64,000 nucleotides of DNA from Patescibacteria group bacterium. GTDB taxonomy: Bacteria; Patescibacteriota; Minisyncoccia; Phycocordibacterales; XYD1-FULL-46-19. The translations under genes were made by a program, and so were the position numbers. Under the pieces are notes generated by a model. It ran no database searches and was not told the origin of the DNA. It saw nothing but the letters and a program-made list of their open reading frames with translations. The stretch spans positions 63,899 through 127,898 of the forward strand of contig JBMCHT010000002.1 in assembly GCA_048617235.1 (NCBI GenBank), read 5' to 3'. Shown piece after piece: positions 49,148 to 59,053 of the stretch (positions are counted from its first letter, which is position 1; every line of letters begins with the position of its first letter).

Positions 49148-49734
49148 CAATTACCGGTTATAATTTCTTTTAGTTTTGAATCCGCTTCCGACCAAATTCG
49201 TCCTGGTTCTTGTAATTCAACAGTCGCCGGTCTTAAAACATAATCAGACACGGATTGACCGGCAGGCGGACGCCCAACTCCCAAACGTAAACGAAAAAAA
49301 GAACTACTACCTAAATGTTTAAATATATTCGAAACTCCTTTATGACCACCGGCTCCTCGATCAAAACCACTTCGAACCATTCCCCAATCTAAATCCACAT
49401 CATCATGAACCACTATTAGATTAGCCGGATTTAAGCCATACCGTTTTTTAAAATTAATTACCGCCTTCCCGGAGTTATTCATAAAAACCTCCGGTAATAA
49501 AATATAAATAGACTGACCCCACAATTCCCCTTGAGCCAACAAGCCTTCCAAACGATTATCTAAAGACAACTCCTGCCCTTGCCACTTATCCGATTTATTT
49601 AAATCTTCCAACCATAGCCGACCGGCATTATGTTTAGTCAAAGAATAACGCTTTCCGGGATTACCCAAACCAACCAACAACCAAAAAGAAGAGTCGTCTG
49701 TCTTTTTATTTTTAATAAAAGGCCACCACTTCAT
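49144..49734 (-). CDS. pth: Peptidyl-tRNA hydrolase
   Basis: LVGLGNPG..TKHNAG, FMNNSG, VHDDVD, AGGHKG, RLRLGVGR. Confidence 0.93.
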   Translation of the reverse strand: MKWWPFIKNKKTDDSSFWLLVGLGNPGKRYSLTKHNAGRLWLEDLNKSDKWQGQELSLDNRLEGLLAQGELWGQSIYILLPEVFMNNSGKAVINFKKRYGLNPANLIVVHDDVDLDWGMVRSGFDRGAGGHKGVSNIFKHLGSSSFFRLRLGVGRPPAGQSVSDYVLRPATVELQEPGRIWSEADSKLKEIITGNC

Positions 49735-49831
49735 AATCTTATTATGCTATAATTTTTTTGAAAATGCACTTGCTTATTTTTTCTTGCATTTGTTTATAAG
49801 TTTATAATAAGATAAACTATCTTTTGTTTAT

Positions 49832-50398
49832 ATGAATCAAGAATTAAAACAATCGGTTTTTGAAATAGTTCGTTTTATTTTATTAACCCTGATCATTGTC
49901 ATCCCCATTAGAGCTTATGTGGCTCAACCTTTTATTGTTAGCGGGGTTTCTATGATTCCCACATTTGATAATAATGAATATTTAATTATAGATGAACTGT
50001 CCTATCATTTTAGAGACCCTCAACGTGGCGAAGTAATAGTTTTTCGTTTTCCCAACGATCAAAATAAATTTTTTATAAAAAGAATAATAGGATTACCCAA
50101 AGAAACAATCAATATTCAAAACGGGAAAATATCTGTTACTTCTCCCTCGGGCGACACTTGGGAAATGAATGAACCTTACATCGAAGAAACAGAAATAAAT
50201 AGTCAAAAACAATCTTTTACTTTATCAGAAGATGAATATTTAGTCTTAGGAGACAACCGTCAACATAGTTCAGATTCTCGAGTATGGGGTCCGGTTGTAA
50301 AAAATTTAATTGAAGGTCGAGCTCTTGTTAGATTATTCCCTTTAAGTCATATCAGTTGGCGACCGGGAGATTTCAGTCAACATTACCTTAATAATTAA
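49832..50398 (+). CDS. lepB: Signal peptidase I
   Basis: SGVSMIPT, RGEVIVF, IKRIIGLP, LGDNRQHSSDSR. Confidence 0.95.
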   Translation: MNQELKQSVFEIVRFILLTLIIVIPIRAYVAQPFIVSGVSMIPTFDNNEYLIIDELSYHFRDPQRGEVIVFRFPNDQNKFFIKRIIGLPKETINIQNGKISVTSPSGDTWEMNEPYIEETEINSQKQSFTLSEDEYLVLGDNRQHSSDSRVWGPVVKNLIEGRALVRLFPLSHISWRPGDFSQHYLNN

Positions 50399-50411
50399 TC
50401 AAATCAATAAT

Positions 50412-51716
50412 ATGCCCAGTAAAAAAAATCGTTCTCAATTTGAATTAAAAACTCCTAAAGGTACCCGAGACTTAATTGGAGAAGAAGTTTTTCAACTTTC
50501 CGGATTTGCCGAAAAAGCCTCGGAGATTGCCCGTTATTACGGCTTCCAAGCAATTGAAACTCCGATGATAGAAAAAGAAGAATTATTTAATCGTGGCATT
50601 GGTACCGGTACCGATATTATAGATAAAGAAATTTATAATCTGAAAACCAAAGGAGGTGATCATTTAGCTCTCCGACCGGAAGGTACCGCTCCAATTATTA
50701 GAGCCTATTTTGAACATGGCCTCCAATCTAAACCACAACCGGTAATGTTTTATTATTTTGGGCCTTTCTTTCGCCACGATAAACCTCAAAAAGGTCGCTG
50801 GCGTCAATTTTGGCAATTTGGTTTGGAAATACTAGGATCCAAACACAGTATTTCCGATGCCACTATTATTAGACTTAATTATCTAATTCTAGAAACAATT
50901 GGTTTAAAAAATCCAGTTGTTAATATCAATAGTTTAGGAGATACTGAATGTCGTTTGGCTTTTCAAAAAGATCTAAATGCTTATTACCGCAAAAATGCCA
51001 AAAATATATGTGCCGACTGCCGTCAAAGATTAAAAACAAACCCTTTAAGAGTTTTAGATTGTAAAAGCGATAAATGCCAACCCATTAAAGCTGAAGCTCC
51101 GCAAATACTTAATTACCTCAATCCGGAAAGCAAAAAACACTTTCAAGAAGTTTTAGAATATTTAGATAAAATGAAAATAGATTATGAAATAGATCCTTTA
51201 ATGGTTCGTGGTTTGGATTATTATAATCGAACAGTTTTTGAAATAAAATTACCAATAACCGATGAAGAAGGTAAGACCACAGATTTAGCCGTTAGTGCCG
51301 GTGGACGCTATGATAGTCTTAGTAAAATATTAGGAGAAAAAAAAGAATTACCGGCTGTTGGTTCTTCTATTGGAGTTGATAGATTATTAATGCTTGATGA
51401 AACCAATCACTTAAAACCCAAAGCGATTAAAAATCCTAAAATCTATTTTATACAATTGAGCCAAGAAGCTAAAATGAAAAGCTTTGAAATCATAGAGATT
51501 TTGAGAGCGGCTAAAATTCCCATTACCCACTCTATAGCCAAAAATTCATTATCTGCCCAATTGGGAATAGCCGAGAAATCCAAAGCTTCTTATGTTATTA
51601 TCTTAGGTCAAAAAGAAGCCTTAGATAATACAGTTATTGTCCGCAATCTTAAAAATAGATCTCAGGATACCATAGCTATAGATAAATTATCTCAATACCT
51701 TAAAAAACTTAAGTAA
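50412..51716 (+). CDS. hisS: Histidine--tRNA ligase
   Basis: PKGTRD, LRPEGTA, PQKGRWRQF, VRGLDYY, GGRYD. Confidence 0.96.
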   Translation: MPSKKNRSQFELKTPKGTRDLIGEEVFQLSGFAEKASEIARYYGFQAIETPMIEKEELFNRGIGTGTDIIDKEIYNLKTKGGDHLALRPEGTAPIIRAYFEHGLQSKPQPVMFYYFGPFFRHDKPQKGRWRQFWQFGLEILGSKHSISDATIIRLNYLILETIGLKNPVVNINSLGDTECRLAFQKDLNAYYRKNAKNICADCRQRLKTNPLRVLDCKSDKCQPIKAEAPQILNYLNPESKKHFQEVLEYLDKMKIDYEIDPLMVRGLDYYNRTVFEIKLPITDEEGKTTDLAVSAGGRYDSLSKILGEKKELPAVGSSIGVDRLLMLDETNHLKPKAIKNPKIYFIQLSQEAKMKSFEIIEILRAAKIPITHSIAKNSLSAQLGIAEKSKASYVIILGQKEALDNTVIVRNLKNRSQDTIAIDKLSQYLKKLK

Positions 51717-51761
51717 GAAAAAGCTTGATTTTCTTAAGGAAAAATGGTAAATTCTCAAAGT

Positions 51762-51986
51762 ATGGTAAAAAGTATAGAAGTAACAAAAAACTCAAACGAA
51801 TCTAACGCTAATCTGCTACGGCGTTTTAGTCGTCGAGCCAGAAATTCCGGTTTATTACGCAAAGTCCGTTCTTTACGCTATTACCAAAGAAATCAATCAG
51901 AAGCTAAAAAGAAAGAAAGCGCCCTGAATCGTCTTCACAAATTAGAAGAGATAGAAAGAGATAAAAAACTAGGTAAAATAAAATAA
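51762..51986 (+). CDS. rpsU: 30S ribosomal protein S21-like
   Basis: NESNANLLRRFSRRARNSG; basic; start at ATG 51762, 8 nt after TTGATT-17-TAAATT. Confidence 0.65.
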   Translation: MVKSIEVTKNSNESNANLLRRFSRRARNSGLLRKVRSLRYYQRNQSEAKKKESALNRLHKLEEIERDKKLGKIK

Positions 51987-51996
51987 CAAACCGGCA

Positions 51997-52377
51997 ATGT
52001 TAACTATCACCAATTGCACTCAAACCAAAACTCCGAAAAAGTTGCCGCTTACCAAAGCGGCTTCTTTAATTTTGGGAGAAAATTACGATTTAAGTTTAGT
52101 GATTGTCGGTTCAACCAAGATGAAAAGTTTAAATAAACAATATAGACAAAAAGAAACCGCCGCCAATATCTTAAGCTTTCCTTTATCTAAAACCGTCGGA
52201 GAAATTTTTATTAATAAAGATAAAATTAAATCGGAAAGTAAAAAATTTAAACTAACTCCTAATAAATATTTTATCTATTTATTTATCCACGGTTGCTTAC
52301 ATTTGAAAGGAATGACACATAGTAGTAAAATGGAGGAAAAGGAACAGACCATAATGTCTGTGCTTGGATTATTATAA
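51997..52377 (+). CDS. ybeY: rRNA maturation endoribonuclease YbeY
   Basis: LNKQYR, NILSFP, GEIFI, HGCLHLKGMTH. Confidence 0.9.
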   Translation: MLTITNCTQTKTPKKLPLTKAASLILGENYDLSLVIVGSTKMKSLNKQYRQKETAANILSFPLSKTVGEIFINKDKIKSESKKFKLTPNKYFIYLFIHGCLHLKGMTHSSKMEEKEQTIMSVLGLL

Positions 52378-53537
52378 TGTCTTCCTACATTGCCACCGGT
52401 TTAGATATCGGCACCGCCTCCATCAGAGTGGCGGTGTGCGAAATCAAACCCAATCATAAACCAAAAGTTTTAGCTTTAGCCAGTCGCCCTTCGCGAGGTC
52501 TTCGTCGTGGTTATATCCTCCAATTTGATGAAGCAGTGGAATCTATCAAAGAAACCATTAAAGAAGCCGAGAGACAGTCCGGTTTAAAAATAAAAAAAGT
52601 ATATGCCGGTATTGGTGGTATTAATTTGGAATCAAAAGCAGTGGATGGAAGTATAATTTTACCTCAAGCCGATCAAGAAATTAAAGAAGTAGATATCCGC
52701 AAAGCCATAGAAGCCAGCACTGCCAACCTGCCGGATGCTATTAACAAAACGGTTATTCACCACATCCCCATCGGTTTTAAAGTTGACAGCAAAAAAATTA
52801 TGGGACGACCTGAAGGAATATATGGTAGCAAATTGGAAGCCAAAACCGTTTTAGTTTATTCTTCCAGTCATCATCTAAAAGATTTAATTACCGCCATAGA
52901 AACCGCCGGTTTACAAATAGAAGATATAATAGCTTCTCCTTTGGCCGCCGGTTATGCCGTTTTAAATAAAATTCAAAAAAATGCCGGTTGTGTTTTGGTT
53001 AATATTGGTTCGCAAACAACCTCAATAGTGGTTTTTGAGGAAGGAATCCCCGTTTCTCTTCAAGTATTTCCAATCGGATCAACTGACATTACCAATGATA
53101 TTGCTCTCGGATTTAAGATTCCTTTAGAAGATGCTGAAAGAATAAAATTAGGGGAATCGGATTCAAATTCACCTAAAAAAAAGTTAGAGGAGATTATAGA
53201 AGCCCGTTTATCAGATATTTTTGAATTTATAGAAAATCATTTAAAAAAAATGGGGCGTAACGGTTTATTACCGGCCGGAGTCATAATGACCGGCGGCGGT
53301 TCCGGTATAGACAATATGGAAAAATTGGCTATGCAATATTTCGACCTGCCGGCACAAATCGCTCTACCCACCGTTTCCGCCAATTCTCGGAATCAAATAA
53401 CGGATCCGGCTTGGTCGGTTGCTTATGGTTTATGTCTTTTCAGTCAAGAAGCCGACGGTGAAGAATCTATGGGAATTAAAATAGCCAAAAATACCGGCCT
53501 AAACATTGTTAAATGGTTAAAAGAATTAATGCCTTAA
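52377..53537 (+). CDS. ftsA: Cell division protein FtsA
   Basis: GLDIGT, SRGLRRG, DITNDIA, IIEARL, GVIMTGGG; upstream of ftsZ. Confidence 0.95.
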   Translation: MSSYIATGLDIGTASIRVAVCEIKPNHKPKVLALASRPSRGLRRGYILQFDEAVESIKETIKEAERQSGLKIKKVYAGIGGINLESKAVDGSIILPQADQEIKEVDIRKAIEASTANLPDAINKTVIHHIPIGFKVDSKKIMGRPEGIYGSKLEAKTVLVYSSSHHLKDLITAIETAGLQIEDIIASPLAAGYAVLNKIQKNAGCVLVNIGSQTTSIVVFEEGIPVSLQVFPIGSTDITNDIALGFKIPLEDAERIKLGESDSNSPKKKLEEIIEARLSDIFEFIENHLKKMGRNGLLPAGVIMTGGGSGIDNMEKLAMQYFDLPAQIALPTVSANSRNQITDPAWSVAYGLCLFSQEADGEESMGIKIAKNTGLNIVKWLKELMP

Positions 53538-53642
53538 AATAACCATTTTTTAATACAGAATAATCAATTTCCACTCCCCTTTATTTTTTTCTCTTAATTT
53601 GCTAGAATTGAGAGCAATAATAATATTAACAGATTCCATTTT

Positions 53643-54830
53643 ATGCCTAAAATACAACCGGAAGTAGAAGCCTTCGCCCGCATTAAAGTTATAGGAGTGG
53701 GTGGTTCAGGCACCAATGCAATTAACCATATGGTTAATTCCAAAGTTAAAGGAGTGGAGTTTATAACTCTCAATACCGATGCTCAACATTTACATAAATC
53801 AATTGCTCAAAAAAAAGTTCACATCGGTAAAAACTTAACCAGAGGCCTAGGTACCGGCATGGATCCGGAGGTCGGTCGCAAAGCGGCTGAAGAATCCCTG
53901 GAAGATATTCAAAATGTAATCAAAGGAGCAGATATGGTTTTCATTTCCGGCGGTATGGGTGGCGGTACCGGTACCGGAGCCGCTCCAGTAATTGCCAGAA
54001 CCGCTAAAGAACAAGGAGCTCTAACTATTGGTGTAATTACCAGACCATTCTTTTTTGAAGGCCCCCGCCGTATGGCTTTGGCCGAACAGGGTATAGCCGA
54101 ACTCCAAAAAGAAGTAGATGCTATCATAATCATCCCTAATGACAGACTATTTGGTATCATTTCTAAAGACACTACCGCCGATTCCGCTTTCGCTATGTGT
54201 GATGAAGTCCTTCGTCAGGCGGTTGAAGGCATTTCCAATATTATTACCATCCCAGGTATTATTAATGTAGACTTTGCAGACATCAGAGCCATTATGCAAA
54301 ATGCCGGCTCAGCTTTGATGGGTATCGGTTCAGCCGCTGGAGAAAACAGGGCGGTAGAATCAGCTCAAATGGCTATTAACTCCCCACTATTGGATTTATC
54401 CGTTGAAGGAGCCAAAGGGGTTCTCTTCACTATTGCCGGTGGACCAGACTTAACCATGTTTGAAATTCAAGAAGCAGCTAAGGCTATAACCGAATCCATA
54501 GATAAAGACGCTAAGGTTATTTTCGGAGCAATCCATGACGATAAATTAAAGAAAAACGAAATTCAAATTACGGTTATTGCTTGTGGTTTTCCTGAAAATT
54601 CCACCAAAAACAATTCTTCAGTAAATGAAGTAACCGAAGATAAAAAAGAGACCACACAACCTCAACAAACTAATTTTGAAGACAATCAAGCAGCTATCAG
54701 AAAAGCCCTGGGGAAAAACAATGACAGATTTCCATCTTCAGCTAATGATCAAAAAACAAATAATCAAGCCGAAACTGACGATGATGACTGGTCATCTATT
54801 CCGGCTTTTCTGCGTCGAGGTAAAAAATAA
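53643..54830 (+). CDS. ftsZ: Cell division protein FtsZ
   Basis: GVGGSGTNA, GMGGGTGTG, NVDFAD, C-terminal IPAFLRR. Confidence 0.98.
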   Translation: MPKIQPEVEAFARIKVIGVGGSGTNAINHMVNSKVKGVEFITLNTDAQHLHKSIAQKKVHIGKNLTRGLGTGMDPEVGRKAAEESLEDIQNVIKGADMVFISGGMGGGTGTGAAPVIARTAKEQGALTIGVITRPFFFEGPRRMALAEQGIAELQKEVDAIIIIPNDRLFGIISKDTTADSAFAMCDEVLRQAVEGISNIITIPGIINVDFADIRAIMQNAGSALMGIGSAAGENRAVESAQMAINSPLLDLSVEGAKGVLFTIAGGPDLTMFEIQEAAKAITESIDKDAKVIFGAIHDDKLKKNEIQITVIACGFPENSTKNNSSVNEVTEDKKETTQPQQTNFEDNQAAIRKALGKNNDRFPSSANDQKTNNQAETDDDDWSSIPAFLRRGKK

Positions 54831-54850
54831 AAATTTTTAAAAAATTTATT

Positions 54851-55777
54851 ATGATTTATGATCTTGCCATTATTGGAGGTGGTCCGGCCGGAGTAGCTGC
54901 CGGGGTTTATGCTGCCAGAAAAAAATTAAACACTTTATTTATTACTAAAGATTTTGGGGGTCAATCAATAGTCTCTCCGGCTATTCATAATTGGATTGGA
55001 GAACCAACCATTGCTGGCTCTGAACTGGCTAAAAAATTGGAAAATCATTTAAGGCAATATGAAAATAATTCTTTAAAAATAATTACCGGAGAAACAGCAA
55101 CTTCTGTCACCGGCCAAGCGGGTAATTTTAAAATTGAAACCGAACAAAAAACTTATCAAACTAAAACCGTACTAGTAACTACCGGCAGCAATCGTCGTCG
55201 CCTCCCAGCTACCGGAGCTGATCAATTTGAACATAAAGGTTTAACTTATTGTGCCTCCTGTGATGGCCCCATGTTTGCCGATCAAGATGTAGCGGTTATT
55301 GGCGGTGGCAATGCCGGCTTTGAAACCGCTACCCAATTACTGGCTTATTGTAAAAGTGTTACCTTAATACACCGAAGGTCAGAATTTAAAGCTGACGCTA
55401 TTACTATCGAAAAAGTAAAAGCTAATCCTAAAATGACCATAATTACCGAGGCCGACATCCTCTCGGTGGAAGGCGATAATTTCGTTACCGGTTTAACTTA
55501 TAAAGACAAAAAAACCGGCCAAGAAAAACAACTGGCAGTTACCGGTATTTTTGTAGAAATCGGCTTATTACCGAATACTGAAATGGTTGAAGATTTAATA
55601 GCCCTTAATCAAAATAAAGCTATAATCACCAATCCTAAAAATCAAAAAACTGAAACAGACGGTATTTGGGCCGCTGGTGATTGCACAGACGGTTTATATC
55701 AACAAAACAATATTGCCGCCGGTGATGCTATTAAGGCCTTGGAAGATATTTATACCTATATTAAAATTAATCTCTAG
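54851..55777 (+). CDS. trxB: Thioredoxin reductase (TrxB/AhpF-like)
   Basis: GGGPAG, CASCDG, GGGNAG, AAGD. Confidence 0.9.
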   Translation: MIYDLAIIGGGPAGVAAGVYAARKKLNTLFITKDFGGQSIVSPAIHNWIGEPTIAGSELAKKLENHLRQYENNSLKIITGETATSVTGQAGNFKIETEQKTYQTKTVLVTTGSNRRRLPATGADQFEHKGLTYCASCDGPMFADQDVAVIGGGNAGFETATQLLAYCKSVTLIHRRSEFKADAITIEKVKANPKMTIITEADILSVEGDNFVTGLTYKDKKTGQEKQLAVTGIFVEIGLLPNTEMVEDLIALNQNKAIITNPKNQKTETDGIWAAGDCTDGLYQQNNIAAGDAIKALEDIYTYIKINL

Positions 55778-55785
55778 AAGATTCA

Positions 55786-55856
55786 GCGAGTATAGTTTAG
55801 TGGTAGAATGTAACCTTCCCAAGGTTGAGACGGGGGTTCGATTCCCCCTACTCGCA
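55786..55856 (+). tRNA. tRNA-Gly(CCC)
   Basis: GCGAGTA/TACTCGC acceptor, TAACC-TTCCCAA-GGTTG. Confidence 0.93.
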
Positions 55857-55867
55857 CTTTAAATTTT

Positions 55868-56059
55868 ATGTCTCAACAACTATTTTCAATCTTAAGAAAA
55901 ACCATTGGGATTATTCTTATTGTTCTTGGTATAATCGGCTCACTTATGCCGATCCCTCTTATCCCTTTCTTTTTATTGACAATTGCCGGTCTTGGACTAA
56001 TTGGGATAAAACCGGAAACCATAGATAGAATAAAACAAAAGTTTTTAAATAAAAAATAA
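55868..56059 (+). CDS. Small membrane protein (PGPGW/DUF454-like)
   Basis: GIILIVLGIIGSLMPIPLIP..AGLGLIG. Confidence 0.65.
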   Translation: MSQQLFSILRKTIGIILIVLGIIGSLMPIPLIPFFLLTIAGLGLIGIKPETIDRIKQKFLNKK

Positions 56060-56103
56060 AAAATTATTGCGAAAACATTTTTTTTCGGATATTCTTTGTT
56101 TAC

Positions 56104-57417
56104 ATGAAAAAAACATTAAAAAAAATATTACCAACCAAATTACTGATTGTCTACCATTATTTTTTAGCCAAGATTGCTACCATAATTTACGGCTTCCCGG
56201 CTAAAAAAATGATTATCATTGGAGTTACTGGTACCAAAGGTAAAACCTCCACTATTAATTTCATTCATGCTTGCCTACAAGCCGGAGGTTTAAAAACCGG
56301 CCTCATCAGCACCGCCAATATTCGTATCGGCCAAAAAGAACAATTAAATAAATTTCATATGACCATGCCCGGTCGGTTTACTATTCAAAAATTAATGAAA
56401 CAAATGGTTGATCAAGATTGTCGTTATTGTTTAGTGGAAACTACTTCCGAGGGTTTAAAACAATATCGACATATTGGAGTTTATTATGATATCGCTGTTT
56501 TTACCAACCTAACTCCGGAACACCTCCCCTCTCATAACAATAGTTTTGAAAAATACCGCCAAGCCAAATTAAAGATGTTCAAAACTTTATCAACTCATAA
56601 AAAAATTATAAACAATCAGCCGGTAGAAAAAATAATCATTGCCAATTCCGATAGTGATCAAGTTAATCATTTTCTTAAACCGCAGGCCGACAAAAAAATA
56701 ACTTTCGGTTTAAATAAACCAGCCGACTATACCGCTTTAAATATTCAAACAACTGAAACTGATATTAATTTTTCTGTTAAAAATTCACTCTTTTCTCTTA
56801 GTCTTCCCGGCAGATTTAATATCTACAATGCCCTTCCGGCTATAATAATCGGACACTTAGCCAATTTAAGTGATCAAACAATTAATCAAGGTTTGAAAAA
56901 TTTAACCTTAATTCCCGGCCGTATGGAAATTATTAAACATAATCAAAATTTTAAAGTTTTTGTTGATTACGCTCATGAAAAAGAAAGTTTAACCGGTGTC
57001 TTAACTACCGCCGGTAACCTTAAAAAAGACAATGGTAAAATTATAGTTTTATTGGGAGCCGAAGGTGGTGGTCGAGATAAAGCCAAAAGACCGGCTATGG
57101 GTGAAGTAGCTGCTAAATTAGCTGATTATATTATAGTCAGCAATGTTGACCCTTATGATGATGATCCTCAGGTTATTTTAGAAGATATCGCCAAAGCAAC
57201 CGAAAAATTTGGTAAAACCAGAAATCAAAATTTATTTGTCATAGAAGACAGACGACAAGGAATAAACAAAGCCTTAACTTTAGCTCAGGATGAAGATGTA
57301 GTAATAATCACCGGCAAAGGAGCCGAGCAATCAATGATTATTGGCTCCGAAACAATTCCTTGGGATGATCGAAAAGTGGTTAGAGAAGAGTTAGAGAAAA
57401 TTGAAAAAAATAAATAA
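56104..57417 (+). CDS. murE: UDP-N-acetylmuramoyl-tripeptide synthetase (MurE family)
   Basis: GVTGTKGKTST, ETTSEG, FTNLTPEHL, PGRME, VDYAH, RDKAKRP, DRRQGI, TGKGAE. Confidence 0.9.
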   Translation: MKKTLKKILPTKLLIVYHYFLAKIATIIYGFPAKKMIIIGVTGTKGKTSTINFIHACLQAGGLKTGLISTANIRIGQKEQLNKFHMTMPGRFTIQKLMKQMVDQDCRYCLVETTSEGLKQYRHIGVYYDIAVFTNLTPEHLPSHNNSFEKYRQAKLKMFKTLSTHKKIINNQPVEKIIIANSDSDQVNHFLKPQADKKITFGLNKPADYTALNIQTTETDINFSVKNSLFSLSLPGRFNIYNALPAIIIGHLANLSDQTINQGLKNLTLIPGRMEIIKHNQNFKVFVDYAHEKESLTGVLTTAGNLKKDNGKIIVLLGAEGGGRDKAKRPAMGEVAAKLADYIIVSNVDPYDDDPQVILEDIAKATEKFGKTRNQNLFVIEDRRQGINKALTLAQDEDVVIITGKGAEQSMIIGSETIPWDDRKVVREELEKIEKNK

Positions 57418-57423
57418 TTAGAT

Positions 57424-58032
57424 TTAAATATTAAATCTTTTTTTAAAATAACCGGGAGTATAAGAAGAATAATCAAAAACCTCATTGGATTCCTTATTTA
57501 ATTTTTTAATATAATCAAAAAATTGTTGCTGATTAAATATATCTAATTCTAAATCCAAACAAACTTTTTCTATTTCTTTTAACACAGAAACGCTATTAAA
57601 AGAATTAGTCATTTTTTCTGCTTCATAATAATAACTGTGTCCAGGCACTTCAACTAAAGCAAACTCAATTTCTTTATACTTATAAATTTTACTTTTTCTA
57701 ACACACAACATTCCTTTTATGTAACCCAATTCTGCAAACATTTGAACCAAAATATCAAATTCACCCATAGTAAAAACAGAAAGTTCTTTTCGGATATCAG
57801 ATCCTCCCCAATTACCTAATTTAATTATTATTTCCGGTTTACCGTTAGTAACTCTTAATCTTATATCTTTATTTCTATTTTCAATTCCTCCAGTCAAAAA
57901 AGTAGAATAATCTATTAAAATTCTTTCTTTTTCCCCAGAAACCTCAGCTTGGTCTTTAAAAAAATTATTTAATTTTTCAAATTCAGTCTGAGAGAGAGGT
58001 CCTCGTAACTCAACTTCAATATTTTTATCCAT
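57424..58032 (-). CDS. CYTH-domain protein
   Basis: IEVELR, DIRLRV, RKE, YYEAEK. Confidence 0.75.
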   Translation of the reverse strand: MDKNIEVELRGPLSQTEFEKLNNFFKDQAEVSGEKERILIDYSTFLTGGIENRNKDIRLRVTNGKPEIIIKLGNWGGSDIRKELSVFTMGEFDILVQMFAELGYIKGMLCVRKSKIYKYKEIEFALVEVPGHSYYYEAEKMTNSFNSVSVLKEIEKVCLDLELDIFNQQQFFDYIKKLNKESNEVFDYSSYTPGYFKKRFNI

Positions 58033-58064
58033 AATAAAATTATAAAATCAATTTAAATATATAA

Positions 58065-58532
58065 TTAAACAATCCGCCCACCATGATAACGACCATAATA
58101 AACTAATTTATTATTTAAATAAATATTTTCTTCACCAAAAAAACGATTAATTTCACCGCTAATTTTATTAAGATACAGACTATCCTTTAACATAAATTCT
58201 TTTGGCCCTCTAACCGGTAAAATATCTTCGCAATCTGCCATCAAAGCCGGGCGTAATATTTTATAAGCTTCTCGAGTAGATATTTGAGACTCAATTATAT
58301 AACCACAATAATTCATCCCCCAAATTGGTTGATTATCTTTATAAACAATTTCTTCACCAATAAAATCTCTACTGCCAAAATAAGTATCATGGTAAATTAA
58401 ACCATCTTGTTCATAATGGTAATCCTCTGAAGCCGGCCTTAAAGATTTTGCCTTGGGAGCCAATTGATTAGCATAAGTTGCCTTTTTGGCAATTCCAAGA
58501 AAAATCATCAATTCTTTATCTGAAATTAACAT
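58065..58532 (-). CDS. DUF5680-like hypothetical protein
   Basis: AKKATYA, YHDTYFG..FIGEE..WGMNY, RGP, YHGG. Confidence 0.7.
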   Translation of the reverse strand: MLISDKELMIFLGIAKKATYANQLAPKAKSLRPASEDYHYEQDGLIYHDTYFGSRDFIGEEIVYKDNQPIWGMNYCGYIIESQISTREAYKILRPALMADCEDILPVRGPKEFMLKDSLYLNKISGEINRFFGEENIYLNNKLVYYGRYHGGRIV

Positions 58533-58536
58533 AATT

Positions 58537-58920
58537 TTATTTTATTATATGAACTGAAAAATCTACTTGGTAATCCGGAATACCGATTGAAATGCCATAT
58601 TGCTTCGCTTGGTCGTACTGTTTTTTATCGGAACGATCCGTAATATGAAAGACCTTATTACGGTAAATAATAAAATGATCGGTATCTGTTTTATAATCTG
58701 CATACCAATCATGCTTATCATCCAAAGCCTGACTAAGTTTTTCAGCTATTATTGCACTTTTTTGAGCCGGAATTTCCACATCATGCAATGTCCATTGTTT
58801 AATCCATGGTGTTTTATGCTCTGCCGTAACCAGTTCAACTTTAGTAGAAATTATTTTTACCTCATCGAGAATAGACTTATCCATTAAGCTTTCTTCAATA
58901 ATAACTCCTTTATAATCCAT
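58537..58920 (-). CDS. Conserved hypothetical protein
   Basis: GVIIEESL..WTLH..WYAD..YGISIGIPDYQVDF. Confidence 0.75.
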   Translation of the reverse strand: MDYKGVIIEESLMDKSILDEVKIISTKVELVTAEHKTPWIKQWTLHDVEIPAQKSAIIAEKLSQALDDKHDWYADYKTDTDHFIIYRNKVFHITDRSDKKQYDQAKQYGISIGIPDYQVDFSVHIIK

Positions 58921-58927
58921 AATGTAT

Positions 58928-59004
58928 TGGTGGGCGATACAGGACTCGAACCTGTGACCTCATCCACGTCAAGGATGCGCTCTAGCCAACTGAGCTAATC
59001 GCCC
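58928..59004 (-). tRNA. tRNA-Val(GAC)
   Basis: CATCC-TTGACGT-GGATG, encoded CCA. Confidence 0.95.
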
Positions 59005-59053
59005 GGTAACTAAACGATACCAAAAATTTAAAAGACAATCAATTTCAAATTAA

